A stretch of 64,000 nt of DNA. Source: Candidatus Campbellbacteria bacterium GW2011_OD1_34_28 (GTDB lineage Bacteria > Patescibacteriota > Minisyncoccia > Phycocordibacterales > UBA12079). Both the position numbers and the translations under genes were made by a program. The stretch spans positions 123,187-187,186 of the forward strand of contig CP011215.1 in NCBI GenBank assembly GCA_001029775.1, in the 5' to 3' direction. The notes beneath the pieces are model-generated. The model ran no database searches, was not told the DNA's origin, and saw only the letters and a program-made list of their open reading frames with translations. Of the stretch, positions 1 through 8,214 are shown in pieces (position 1 is the first letter of the stretch; each line of letters begins with the position of its first letter).

Positions 1-1135
1 ATTCCATCTGTTGCAATCCCCTCAACGCCAACCCCAGAGCAACGGCAAATCCAGGACCCACTTGTTTTAACAAAGGTGCCAAAAATGCAGGAGCTTCTAC
101 CTTTGAAAAAGGGTCGGAGATCTCTACTTCTACTTCTGTATGGGATTTTGCAAATTCTGTCATGCCGTTGATTATAGATCCTCCTCCTGTGATAACCAAT
201 TTATCTACATTTTTGTTATATTTTTTCTGATACGCTAAAAAAGTTTTATTTACCTCGCCAAAAATATATTCCATACTTGAATAAACAATGTCAGAAACTT
301 CTTTTTCTGTAGGAGTATTCCCAGAAACACCTACTTTTATTTTTTGTTGTTCGGCATCGGTCGCGCTGATTCCTGTTGCTCTCGCAATATTCAATGTTAT
401 ATCTTGTGATCCCCTGCTGATAGAGTGAGAATCCTTGATCATTCCTTTTTCAATAATATATAGTTTTGTAGATCCAGACCCCATATCAAGAACAGCAAAA
501 TTTAGAATATTATGAGAAACAGCCGTTCTGATCGTACTAAAAATTTCTATTTCAAGAAAATTTAAACTTAATCCCGCTCCAGAGACAATTTCTTTTTGTT
601 TTAAAACAGTGTCTCGGTGAATTGCAGCGACCAAAACTTCTGTCTTGGGCACTTCTTCCCTTTTATTACTATTCTCTTCTCCCATAAAGCTTGTAACTGC
701 CATCTCTTCTTTCGGGATAACCTTCCAATCCAAATCCACTTCGGAAATAGGTACCGGAATATATTTTCTCGCTTCAATCGGAATCATTTGTTCCAATTGT
801 TTTTTGTCCATTGTTGGTAGTTGTATATTGAAAACAAGGGAGGATTTTAATGGTATTGAAACGCCACATTCTTTTGTTGTAACATTTGCTTCTTTTAACA
901 AATTTGTTATTGCTTCGCTCAACTGAGCAGAAGAAAGATTGGTTGCCCTACCTGCCTCAATATTTGCATAGGGGCCTAGTGACAGTTCGCCATAAGTTTC
1001 GAGAATTACAACACCATTTTTCTTTTTTAACTGAACAACTTTGATAGACGAAGAGCCAATATCAAGACCCAAAAAGCTGTCGCTTTTGTGCTTTAAAAAA
1101 CCGATATTGGATAATTTGCTAAAAGGATTGAGCAT
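1..1135 (-). CDS. pilM: Type IV pilus assembly protein PilM (runs off the window's left edge)
   Basis: Manual translation from ATG at 1135: MLNPFSKLSNIGFLKHKSDSFLGLDIGSSSIKVVQLKKKNGVVILETYGEL, with actin-like GLDIG, DMGSG and ITGGG motifs. Absent from the ORF track because it is truncated. Confidence 0.9.
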   Translation of the reverse strand, partial: MLNPFSKLSNIGFLKHKSDSFLGLDIGSSSIKVVQLKKKNGVVILETYGELSLGPYANIEAGRATNLSSAQLSEAITNLLKEANVTTKECGVSIPLKSSLVFNIQLPTMDKKQLEQMIPIEARKYIPVPISEVDLDWKVIPKEEMAVTSFMGEENSNKREEVPKTEVLVAAIHRDTVLKQKEIVSGAGLSLNFLEIEIFSTIRTAVSHNILNFAVLDMGSGSTKLYIIEKGMIKDSHSISRGSQDITLNIARATGISATDAEQQKIKVGVSGNTPTEKEVSDIVYSSMEYIFGEVNKTFLAYQKKYNKNVDKLVITGGGSIINGMTEFAKSHTEVEVEISDPFSKVEAPAFLAPLLKQVGPGFAVALGLALRGLQQME

Positions 1136-1240
1136 TATTGTAGAAAATAAAAATTTATTGATTAAATTATAACATATTTTTTAAAGCTAACAGCCAACAG
1201 CTTATAGCGATTTAAAATTTAATTGATAAAATTATCAACA

Positions 1241-1897
1241 ATGAACAAATCTCTCAAAAAAATAGTTGAATATTTTTTAGACATTCTATTCCCCAGAAAT
1301 GAAATCCAAAAGAAACTAGCCACGATGACCGCAGAAGATTTTTTAAACAATATTCCTCGTACCAGACACGACGATAAAAACATCATTACAATATTTGATT
1401 ATCGTAACAAATTTATGAAAGAGGCAATTTGGTCTTTGAAATTTAGAAGAAACACTCGTTTAGCAAAAATCTTTGCTCAAATTATTTATGACGAAATATT
1501 AGAAGATCTTTCCGAGCTCGCTGTATTCCAAAATTTTAAAAACCCGATAATTATACCCATTCCTATTTCTTCAAAGAGAAAAAGGGAGCGTGGTTTTAAT
1601 CAATGCGAATTGATCGCAAACGAACTTTTAAATATCGGGGGTGATATCTTTACATTAGAAAGAAAAGTTTTGATAAAAATCAAAGACACCATTTCCCAAT
1701 CACGCACAAAAAACAAAAAAGAAAGACTGGAAAATTTGAAAGGGTGTTTCTCTGTAAATTACAAAGAAAAGATAAGGGGTAGAAATATTATTTTGTTGGA
1801 CGATGTCACCACGACAGGAACAACACTAAAAGAAGCAAGAAGAATTTTACACCGACATGGTGCAAAAAAGATTATTTGTGTGACGGTGGCGCATTAG
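1241..1897 (+). CDS. comF: ComF family phosphoribosyltransferase-like competence protein
   Basis: RGFNQ and LLDDVTTTGTT (PRPP-binding) motifs. Confidence 0.9.
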   Translation: MNKSLKKIVEYFLDILFPRNEIQKKLATMTAEDFLNNIPRTRHDDKNIITIFDYRNKFMKEAIWSLKFRRNTRLAKIFAQIIYDEILEDLSELAVFQNFKNPIIIPIPISSKRKRERGFNQCELIANELLNIGGDIFTLERKVLIKIKDTISQSRTKNKKERLENLKGCFSVNYKEKIRGRNIILLDDVTTTGTTLKEARRILHRHGAKKIICVTVAH

Positions 1898-2101
1898 ATT
1901 AGTTGGTAGTTGATAGTTTTTAGTTTTTAGGAGATGGGGTTAGTGGAGTTTTTCAGGCTGGAATTGTAATTGACCCCGCCTTGTAAGTTTGTTTTTGCTT
2001 TTTTAAAAATAGAAATCAAAGGTTCTTTGTGCACTGTTTGATATTTTCACTTACCAATTCATCTTAAGCAGTTAATTATCATAAGGACCTAATTCTTTCT
2101 T

Positions 2102-2815
2102 TTAATTCTTTGATTTTTTATTATTCAAATCAATGCCCCTTCCTGCGTAGTACTTTATAAATTCTGACACTAAAACACAATGGTCTTTTTGAGTATTTTG
2201 ACTCGCAAACCCCGACGGATTATGTAATGTTATAGTATTAGTTTTTTTATCATAGCCAGTAACTAAAACAAGATGTCCACCTCGCTGTGTAGCATCAGCA
2301 GTCTTATACCCTCTTATATTTGGGCTTACAGAAACAATTACAATATCACCATTTGATAATAATTTTTGTAATCCTCTAATTCCAAGTCTAGTATAAATCT
2401 TTGCCGACAAACCATAATTTTCTATCCAATCAACAAACTCCTTATAATGCATGCCGGAAATCTCTTGACCCTCTTTTTTATATACTCCATGATTTTTTGC
2501 ATCTTTTGCAAGAGTTACAATTCCTATTTGTTGTTTTTTAAAATGTTGCAAAGCCATTGAAGTACAAGCCATACCACATATAATTAGCACCCATTCCGCA
2601 TATTCTTCCGGAGATTGTGCTCCTGTATTTTTCCAATTTGGATCATTTGTTTTTTCAACCCCATCTTTAAGAATTTTTTCTGCGTATTCTGAGTGTGCAA
2701 ACTGACTTACATACGGAATTTTATTTTCAACAAATTCTTTTTGTTTAAAGAACAACACACTAATAGCAAGTTGCATATTTTGGATCTCATTTTTTATCTT
2801 TGTTAAAAATTTCAT
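2102..2815 (-). CDS. Peptidase C39-like family protein
   Basis: IPYVSQF...CGMAC...GGHLVLVTGYD...LHNP papain-like C39 motifs; start chosen at MKFLTK. Confidence 0.8.
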   Translation of the reverse strand: MKFLTKIKNEIQNMQLAISVLFFKQKEFVENKIPYVSQFAHSEYAEKILKDGVEKTNDPNWKNTGAQSPEEYAEWVLIICGMACTSMALQHFKKQQIGIVTLAKDAKNHGVYKKEGQEISGMHYKEFVDWIENYGLSAKIYTRLGIRGLQKLLSNGDIVIVSVSPNIRGYKTADATQRGGHLVLVTGYDKKTNTITLHNPSGFASQNTQKDHCVLVSEFIKYYAGRGIDLNNKKSKN

Positions 2816-2869
2816 ATTATCTGATATTATAAGATAGTATATAAGAATAAATTGAAAATGATAAGAAAA

Positions 2870-2908
2870 CAAAAATACCGCTTGGGCGGTATTTTTGTTT
2901 TGGTCGTG
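2870..2908. repeat. Hairpin/direct repeat, copy 1 (AAAATACCGCTTGGGCGGTATTTTTGTTTTGGTCGTG)
   Basis: Near-identical to 5616-5654; terminator-like hairpin. Confidence 0.75.
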
Positions 2909-3027
2909 TGGGCTACCTCGGGCTAAGTAATGGTAGGATTAAGCAAAATAAGGTACAGTTGGTGAAAAAGAGAATTGATGGGGGTGCTTTAAATCTAAGA
3001 TTAGAATAAGCAAAAAGGTTGTGACGA

Positions 3028-3525
3028 TTAATTGATAGCTTCTGGTTCGAGGTTCTCTTTAAGGTCTTCGTATAATTTGAGAGCTCCTTTCTTTAAACCC
3101 TCTATAGCAGGTATGTCCTCACCATCTTCCAAAATTTTTATGTAAACAAACCCTAAGTTTTGTGGTACCTCATCTATATTTACCATTTTAGTCACAAGTA
3201 ATGTTCTCACCTGACTATCATTTTCGTAAAATTTATTTTGTTGCAATATATCTAATATAGTTTTTGCCATATTATCAACATCACGGGTCTTATAATCTTT
3301 TTTTGTAGAAGTAAAAAATTGAATTATTGCTACAAAAACTACTTTTGTTGTAGGAAATAATGAAGGGGGTTTATTTTCTGATAAACCAGCGGTTACTACT
3401 TTTTTAAATGTTTTAAGGCTACTGGATTCTTTTTTTCTAACATATATATCAACACCAGATTTTTTATAAGCTTCCTGTGTAGCTGGAATAATCCCATTAA
3501 TAACAAATTCATGATAATTTTTCAT
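3028..3525 (-). CDS. RusA-family Holliday-junction resolvase-like nuclease
   Basis: RDVDNMAKTILD...YENDSQV matches the RusA DxDNxxK...D...DD/DSQV pattern. Confidence 0.75.
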   Translation of the reverse strand: MKNYHEFVINGIIPATQEAYKKSGVDIYVRKKESSSLKTFKKVVTAGLSENKPPSLFPTTKVVFVAIIQFFTSTKKDYKTRDVDNMAKTILDILQQNKFYENDSQVRTLLVTKMVNIDEVPQNLGFVYIKILEDGEDIPAIEGLKKGALKLYEDLKENLEPEAIN

Positions 3526-3836
3526 TTCTTTTTCTTTTTTTCAAAATAAATAGGAGAATTTTCAACAACTGTTGTTTTAGGTCTTTTTTTGGCATCCCTA
3601 ACAGATATAAACTGCCCTGTTTTAGAATCTCTGCCGACAGTATAGTTTCTTGTACGATTATCCTTGCTAGAGTAATGTTCGGTAACAAAACGTCCAGTGT
3701 TTGGGTTTCTATATTTAATATTAAGTTCATCTTTTGATACTGATTTACCTTTTTTATCATAAAAATTAACCCGGGTCTTTTCCCCTTCTGTTTTAGAAAC
3801 AATAAAAAATACTTCCTCTTTTTTCTTTTTTGTCAT
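3522..3836 (-). CDS. Small basic protein with two RxxxTGxF motifs
   Basis: RNPNTGRFVT and GRDSKTGQFISVRDAKKRPKTTVVE; ATGA overlap with the rusA-like gene. Confidence 0.7.
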   Translation of the reverse strand: MTKKKKEEVFFIVSKTEGEKTRVNFYDKKGKSVSKDELNIKYRNPNTGRFVTEHYSSKDNRTRNYTVGRDSKTGQFISVRDAKKRPKTTVVENSPIYFEKKKKK

Positions 3837-3976
3837 ACTTATATTTTACACTTTTTGAGTTTGGTTTAAAACTAAAAACACCCGTCTTTCCTGCGGATGC
3901 TTTTAGTTATCTTAAAAATTATTTAAGATAGGCTTCAAAATAATAATTAACTATAAGTTAGTAAATTATTTCTGAA

Positions 3977-4117
3977 TTATTTCTTCGTATCACCATATCC
4001 TGGTTTAGGAACCCTTTCAACTACTGTTGTGTTAGGTCTCCTTTTAGCATCTTTAACAGGTATGAATTGACCTGTTTTAGAATCTCTACCAAGAGTGAAT
4101 GTTTTAGATTTACTCAT
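3977..4117 (-). CDS. 46-aa micro-protein, paralog of the C-terminal half of 3522-3836
   Basis: Manual translation MSKSKTFTLGRDSKTGQFIPVKDAKRRPNTTVVERVPKPGYGDTKK*; below the ORF-track cutoff. Confidence 0.8.
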   Translation of the reverse strand: MSKSKTFTLGRDSKTGQFIPVKDAKRRPNTTVVERVPKPGYGDTKK

Positions 4118-4293
4118 AAAATGAATTTATCTAGGGTTGATAAAAGGGCGTCAGTTGTGATAGAGTAAAAGTGTTAAGGTTTTACATGAACTCGCAACTA
4201 TCGAATAACCGACACGGGACGTTATAGGAAAGAAATCCCTATTCGTTTAAACGCCCAGAAAAGCTACCAAAAATTGGTGGCTTTTCTTGATTT

Positions 4294-4965
4294 TTAAACT
4301 ATCTTATATTTGGAACCCTTGAAAGGTATCTTTAAATGTTCAAGTCTGATTTCAAGGGCCTGTCTCGAAAGACCAAATCTTTCTTCAAATTTTGAAAAGT
4401 AATCATCCAAATTAAATTCAATAAGTATAATTCCATCAACTAGACCAATTTCTTGTAGAAAAGATTCGACCTCAATTTTTGGTGCTAATAAAGTTCCTGC
4501 GTATACATTAGCCTGCCACTCTCTTCTAATATTTGCTGTATCAAGCTTCTTTTTATTTTTACAAGGACTAGAATCTTCCCATCCAGTGATTAGTCCGTCT
4601 TCAGTAGAAAAAAGTGGACCGTGCAAAGATATGTGACCAGATTCATGAGCAATAGTAAATGAGATACGTTTTTGATTAGTACAACCCTCACCGACAATAA
4701 TTTGGCGTGATTCTGGACGTAGATATCCAAGAGTTTCTTCTGTTTCTAGTTCTTGCTGAATAATTTCAAAGCTAACATCAAAATCCCAAAGTTCCTTAAC
4801 AAAATTATCTACATCAATTGGAGTTGGAACGGATTTATTATATTTTTCTTGATATTTTTGGCGATATTTTGCGAGATCACTTAAAACTTGAGATTCAATC
4901 TCTTGTTTTGTTAGTTGATATGTATCAGCTAACGGATTCCATTTTTTAGTTACTCGTATTTTCAT
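4294..4965 (-). CDS. ImmA/IrrE-family zinc metallopeptidase
   Basis: RISFTIAHESGH (HExxH) and EWQANVYAGTLL motifs. Confidence 0.9.
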   Translation of the reverse strand: MKIRVTKKWNPLADTYQLTKQEIESQVLSDLAKYRQKYQEKYNKSVPTPIDVDNFVKELWDFDVSFEIIQQELETEETLGYLRPESRQIIVGEGCTNQKRISFTIAHESGHISLHGPLFSTEDGLITGWEDSSPCKNKKKLDTANIRREWQANVYAGTLLAPKIEVESFLQEIGLVDGIILIEFNLDDYFSKFEERFGLSRQALEIRLEHLKIPFKGSKYKIV

Positions 4966-5303
4966 TATTTTTTCTTTTTATTAACTTTTCTAAAAAGTAG
5001 TGGTTCTGGTTGCAACTCAATAGAAGATCCTGTTCTCTGAACATCAGCAACATGGTCCTCAAACTTCTCTATTAAATATGCTTGGACAAGATCATCATAC
5101 TCATTTTCGGAAAGATTATATGCATTCTTAATTTTTTTTATAGAATCTATAGGAGGAAGAACTCCAGATTCAAATTTACTAATATACGCATAATAATGCT
5201 CGCCAAAATATGGCTCAAGTTCTTTACTAAGACTTCGGATACTTTTTCCGGGGAAGCGAGCTTCCCTCAAAGATTTTATTTTATTTTTGAATTTATTAAT
5301 CAT
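4965..5303 (-). CDS. XRE-family HTH transcriptional regulator
   Basis: IKSLRE...SIRSLSKEL...YISKFESG HTH pattern; TAATG coupling to the ImmA gene. Confidence 0.75.
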   Translation of the reverse strand: MINKFKNKIKSLREARFPGKSIRSLSKELEPYFGEHYYAYISKFESGVLPPIDSIKKIKNAYNLSENEYDDLVQAYLIEKFEDHVADVQRTGSSIELQPEPLLFRKVNKKKK

Positions 5304-5439
5304 GTAATTATTGTAACAAATAATAGTTACAGATGCAACACTTATAAAGTAAATAAAAAACCTTGTATTGTTAACAAACCAAGGGTTTTTCTTTATTTAT
5401 TATTTTAGGACTATGGGTCTACCGATAACAAGTATCTCC

Positions 5440-5600
5440 TGCGGAGAGGGAGGGATTCGGTCACAAGTCACTAAGTCTTTTGTTCGCCCTTCGCTATCGC
5501 TACGGGCTCCAAAAGCCAAAGTGTTCGCGACCCCGACTCAGAAAGTTGAAAAATTTAATAAATTTTTCCTTTCTTCCGTCTTTCGAATCCCTCCATCGCA
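5440..5600. repeat. tRNA-Ser 3'-end copies bracketing cassette A
   Basis: GCGGAGAGGGAGGGATTCG (identical to 6579-6597) + GTCACAAGTCACTAAGTCTTTTGTTCG...CGACCCCGACTC + inverted TTCGAATCCCTCC. Confidence 0.85.
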
Positions 5601-5615
5601 GTTAGCGACACAAAA

Positions 5616-5654
5616 GAAAAACACCGCTTGGGCGGTGTTTTTCTTTTGGTCGTG
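5616..5654. repeat. Hairpin/direct repeat, copy 2
   Basis: AAAACACCGCTTGGGCGGTGTTTTTCTTTTGGTCGTG matches 2870-2908. Confidence 0.75.
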
Positions 5655-5888
5655 CGGTGGCGATGTCCGGAAGTTTGAACCATTAAAACGCTTAAATATC
5701 AGGAATCTTGACTTGATTATACGAAAATTGAGACTAATTTACAAAGAAAAACCAGAATATTTCGAGGTGCCAAGTTTTGCAGTTAAAGTTTATTGATGTA
5801 TGCAGTATCCTATACTGTTTTGATAAGGATAATGTATATATCTATTTATCGCTATAATCCGCTACAATCGGCTATATAGTTAACATTA

Positions 5889-6479
5889 TTAATCCCGCTC
5901 AAAATCACTAGAAACTTTAACAGGATATTTGAAATCATCTTTTTCTGTCTCGATAACAGTATGAAAGCCAACTTCCCCGTCTTCTTTAACAAACTGCCAG
6001 GAGCCTTCCGGATCGTTTTTGAAACCAGCCGCATCTACAATATAAATAAAACCCTTTTCGACACTAACAAATTTACCATCGGGTAGAGTGTGAATTTCTA
6101 ATTCAAGAGGACTATCTTCACGAATAAAATATGGGTACCCTAGATTAACATTAATATTAGAATAAATTGACCGCATTATTGCAATTGCTGATTTATTCGC
6201 CGCAAAAATTTTCTTGTGATGAGATTTTAATTTGTCATCCTGTATTTCATGAATTGAGCCATGGAGTAAGAAGCCGTGATTTTGGCAAAGATAATCCAGA
6301 AAATGTTCTGTAGTAATACCTTCTTCTTTCAGCTCCTTTAAATTATCAAGTGAAATTTTTCTGACGCCCTCTGTTTGCGTTTCAAAATACTTTTTATAGA
6401 AGCCCTCCATTAATTTTTGCACCTCGATATTTTCGGGAGTCTGTGTCGGCTGTTCTATCTTTGGTTTTATATTTTCCAT
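5889..6479 (-). CDS. Hypothetical protein
   Basis: 196-aa ORF with protein-like composition (FLLHGS motif). Confidence 0.75.
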   Translation of the reverse strand: MENIKPKIEQPTQTPENIEVQKLMEGFYKKYFETQTEGVRKISLDNLKELKEEGITTEHFLDYLCQNHGFLLHGSIHEIQDDKLKSHHKKIFAANKSAIAIMRSIYSNINVNLGYPYFIREDSPLELEIHTLPDGKFVSVEKGFIYIVDAAGFKNDPEGSWQFVKEDGEVGFHTVIETEKDDFKYPVKVSSDFERD

Positions 6480-6576
6480 AAGTTCGAATCCCTTGTGGGT
6501 TTATTCATTTTATCAAAATTCGGTTTCAAAATCTATTGAAAAATAAGGGTTAAATTATCTCATTTTTCAAAACTAC

Positions 6577-6666
6577 TGGCGGAGAGGGAGGGATTCGAAC
6601 CCTCGAAGGATATTACTCCTTGCCACGTTAGCAGTGTGGTGGTTTCAGCCTCTCACCCACCTCTCC
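6577..6666 (-). tRNA. tRNA-Ser(GCT), CCA encoded
   Basis: GGAGAGG acceptor, anticodon loop CT-GCT-AA, long variable arm, GGTTCGAATCC T-arm, GCCA end. Confidence 0.95.
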
Positions 6667-6687
6667 ATGTTTTTTATTCAATTTTTG

Positions 6688-7067
6688 TCGAAGGATTTTA
6701 GTCACGAGTTACTAATCTTTTTGTTCGTTCTTCGCTACGCTACAAACTCCAAAAATATAAGTACTCTCGACCCCGACTCGACTGTCTCGCTTTGCTCGAC
6801 ATGTCTCCGTCTCTTGATTTCAGACAGAAAGCAAAGAAATTTGCTTTCCTTTCTGCTAAATATTTTTTATAAAAGATAAAAGATATTTAGCAGAACTTAA
6901 ATCAAGCCTTGCCACGTTAGCAGTGTGGTGGTTTCACCCACCTATTTCCTATTCGCCTATCGGCTCATAACGGAAATTTCTTCGCTTCGCTCAGAATCGG
7001 ATTAAAAACAAAGCAGTTTGTTTTTAGTCCTCTCACCCACCCCTGCCTGCCGGCAGGCAGGTCTCCA
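6688..7067 (-). pseudogene. Fragmented second copy of tRNA-Ser interrupted by repeat insertions
   Basis: Pieces TCGAAGGAT (~6688), CCTTGCCACGTTAGCAGTGTGGTGGTTTCA (6907-6936), CCTCTCACCCACC (~7029-7041) and TCTCCA (7062-7067) are collinear with 6604-6667. Confidence 0.7.
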
Positions 7068-7258
7068 AAATTCAGTTTTTAGTTATTAGGTTTTAGTCTA
7101 TAGAAAACAAAAACCGTAATAAAGTGTACAAGAGTACACATACAAGAAGATATCATATTTTAACTTCAAAATCTATCTTTTTTAAAATTGCTTAAATTGC
7201 CCCAATCAAAAAGAGCGATTATATCGCTCTTTTTTGTTTTCTATATCTTTCTTGTTAA

Positions 7259-7942
7259 TTACTCTTGGTTCAAGATTTCTATTTCAGCATCTGCTTTTAA
7301 CTCTTGGAGGTATGTTGCAAATAATTCTTGTTGTTTCTGTTGTGTTATAAAAGCTTTAATTTGTTCAGAAATTTCTGAAAGCTCTGCAAGGTTTTCGTTA
7401 ACAGCAGATTCCTGATCATATGCTGTCTGAATTTCTTCTTCAGTTACTGTGATTGATTCAAGATCAAGAACTTTTTCTAGATATTTTTGAGTAACAAGGT
7501 CTCTTTCTATTTCTGTACGCAAAATATCTTCTGTTGTCCCTTGTGTAGAAAGAGCACTTTGATAAGCTGCTTCATCTTCAAATTGTCCCTTTATTGTTTC
7601 AATCTGTTCATCGATATCACTCTTTGAAACTTTTGTACCATCTTTTTTAACTGCTTGTTCCAACAAAGATTGAGAAATTAGACTATCAAGCGCTTGTGCT
7701 TTCAGTTGTCCAAGAGCTTCTTCATCAAGAGAAGCTTTATCTATCTGTTGTTCAGCAAGCATTTTCAATTCATAAGCGTCAAGATCGTTTTGGGTAATCT
7801 CTATACCATTTACACGAGCAACCACTGCTGAAGAATCTGAATCATCTTTAGGTAAGTTTGTATCTTTAATAAAATAAAAGTAAGCTCCAGCAAGAACAAC
7901 TAGAACTCCTATAACTATTGCGATTAATGTTTTTTGTTGCAT
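7259..7942 (-). CDS. SurA N-terminal-domain/PrsA-like membrane-anchored chaperone
   Basis: N-terminal TM, VVARVNGIEIT, LDSLISQSLL, LKADAEIEI. Confidence 0.8.
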   Translation of the reverse strand: MQQKTLIAIVIGVLVVLAGAYFYFIKDTNLPKDDSDSSAVVARVNGIEITQNDLDAYELKMLAEQQIDKASLDEEALGQLKAQALDSLISQSLLEQAVKKDGTKVSKSDIDEQIETIKGQFEDEAAYQSALSTQGTTEDILRTEIERDLVTQKYLEKVLDLESITVTEEEIQTAYDQESAVNENLAELSEISEQIKAFITQQKQQELFATYLQELKADAEIEILNQE

Positions 7943-8214
7943 ATTTAAAATATTAATTAAATCATGGAAGAACTTCCACCACGAATACTTTTTCTTTAAT
8001 AATATACTTATAGATTAACACGACAACAGCCTGCAACACAAATAAAGCTACTAACATCAAAGAAGCTTATGACCGATAGCGACAACGACGAATGACGTGG
8101 ACCTGCCTCTTTTCTGGAAGAAAAGCAACGACACGGCAGGCAGGTCGCGTCGTTTCACTCGCGAAGACGAAGATTCCATAACGAAGCAGTCCCCATTTCG
8201 TAATTCAAAATACT

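Noticed and set aside
5440-6597. Intact integrative element between the two tRNA-Ser 3'-end copies
   Set aside because: It contains only one hypothetical gene and no integrase; the 5440 copy is better explained as part of the cassette A unit, though a remnant cannot be excluded
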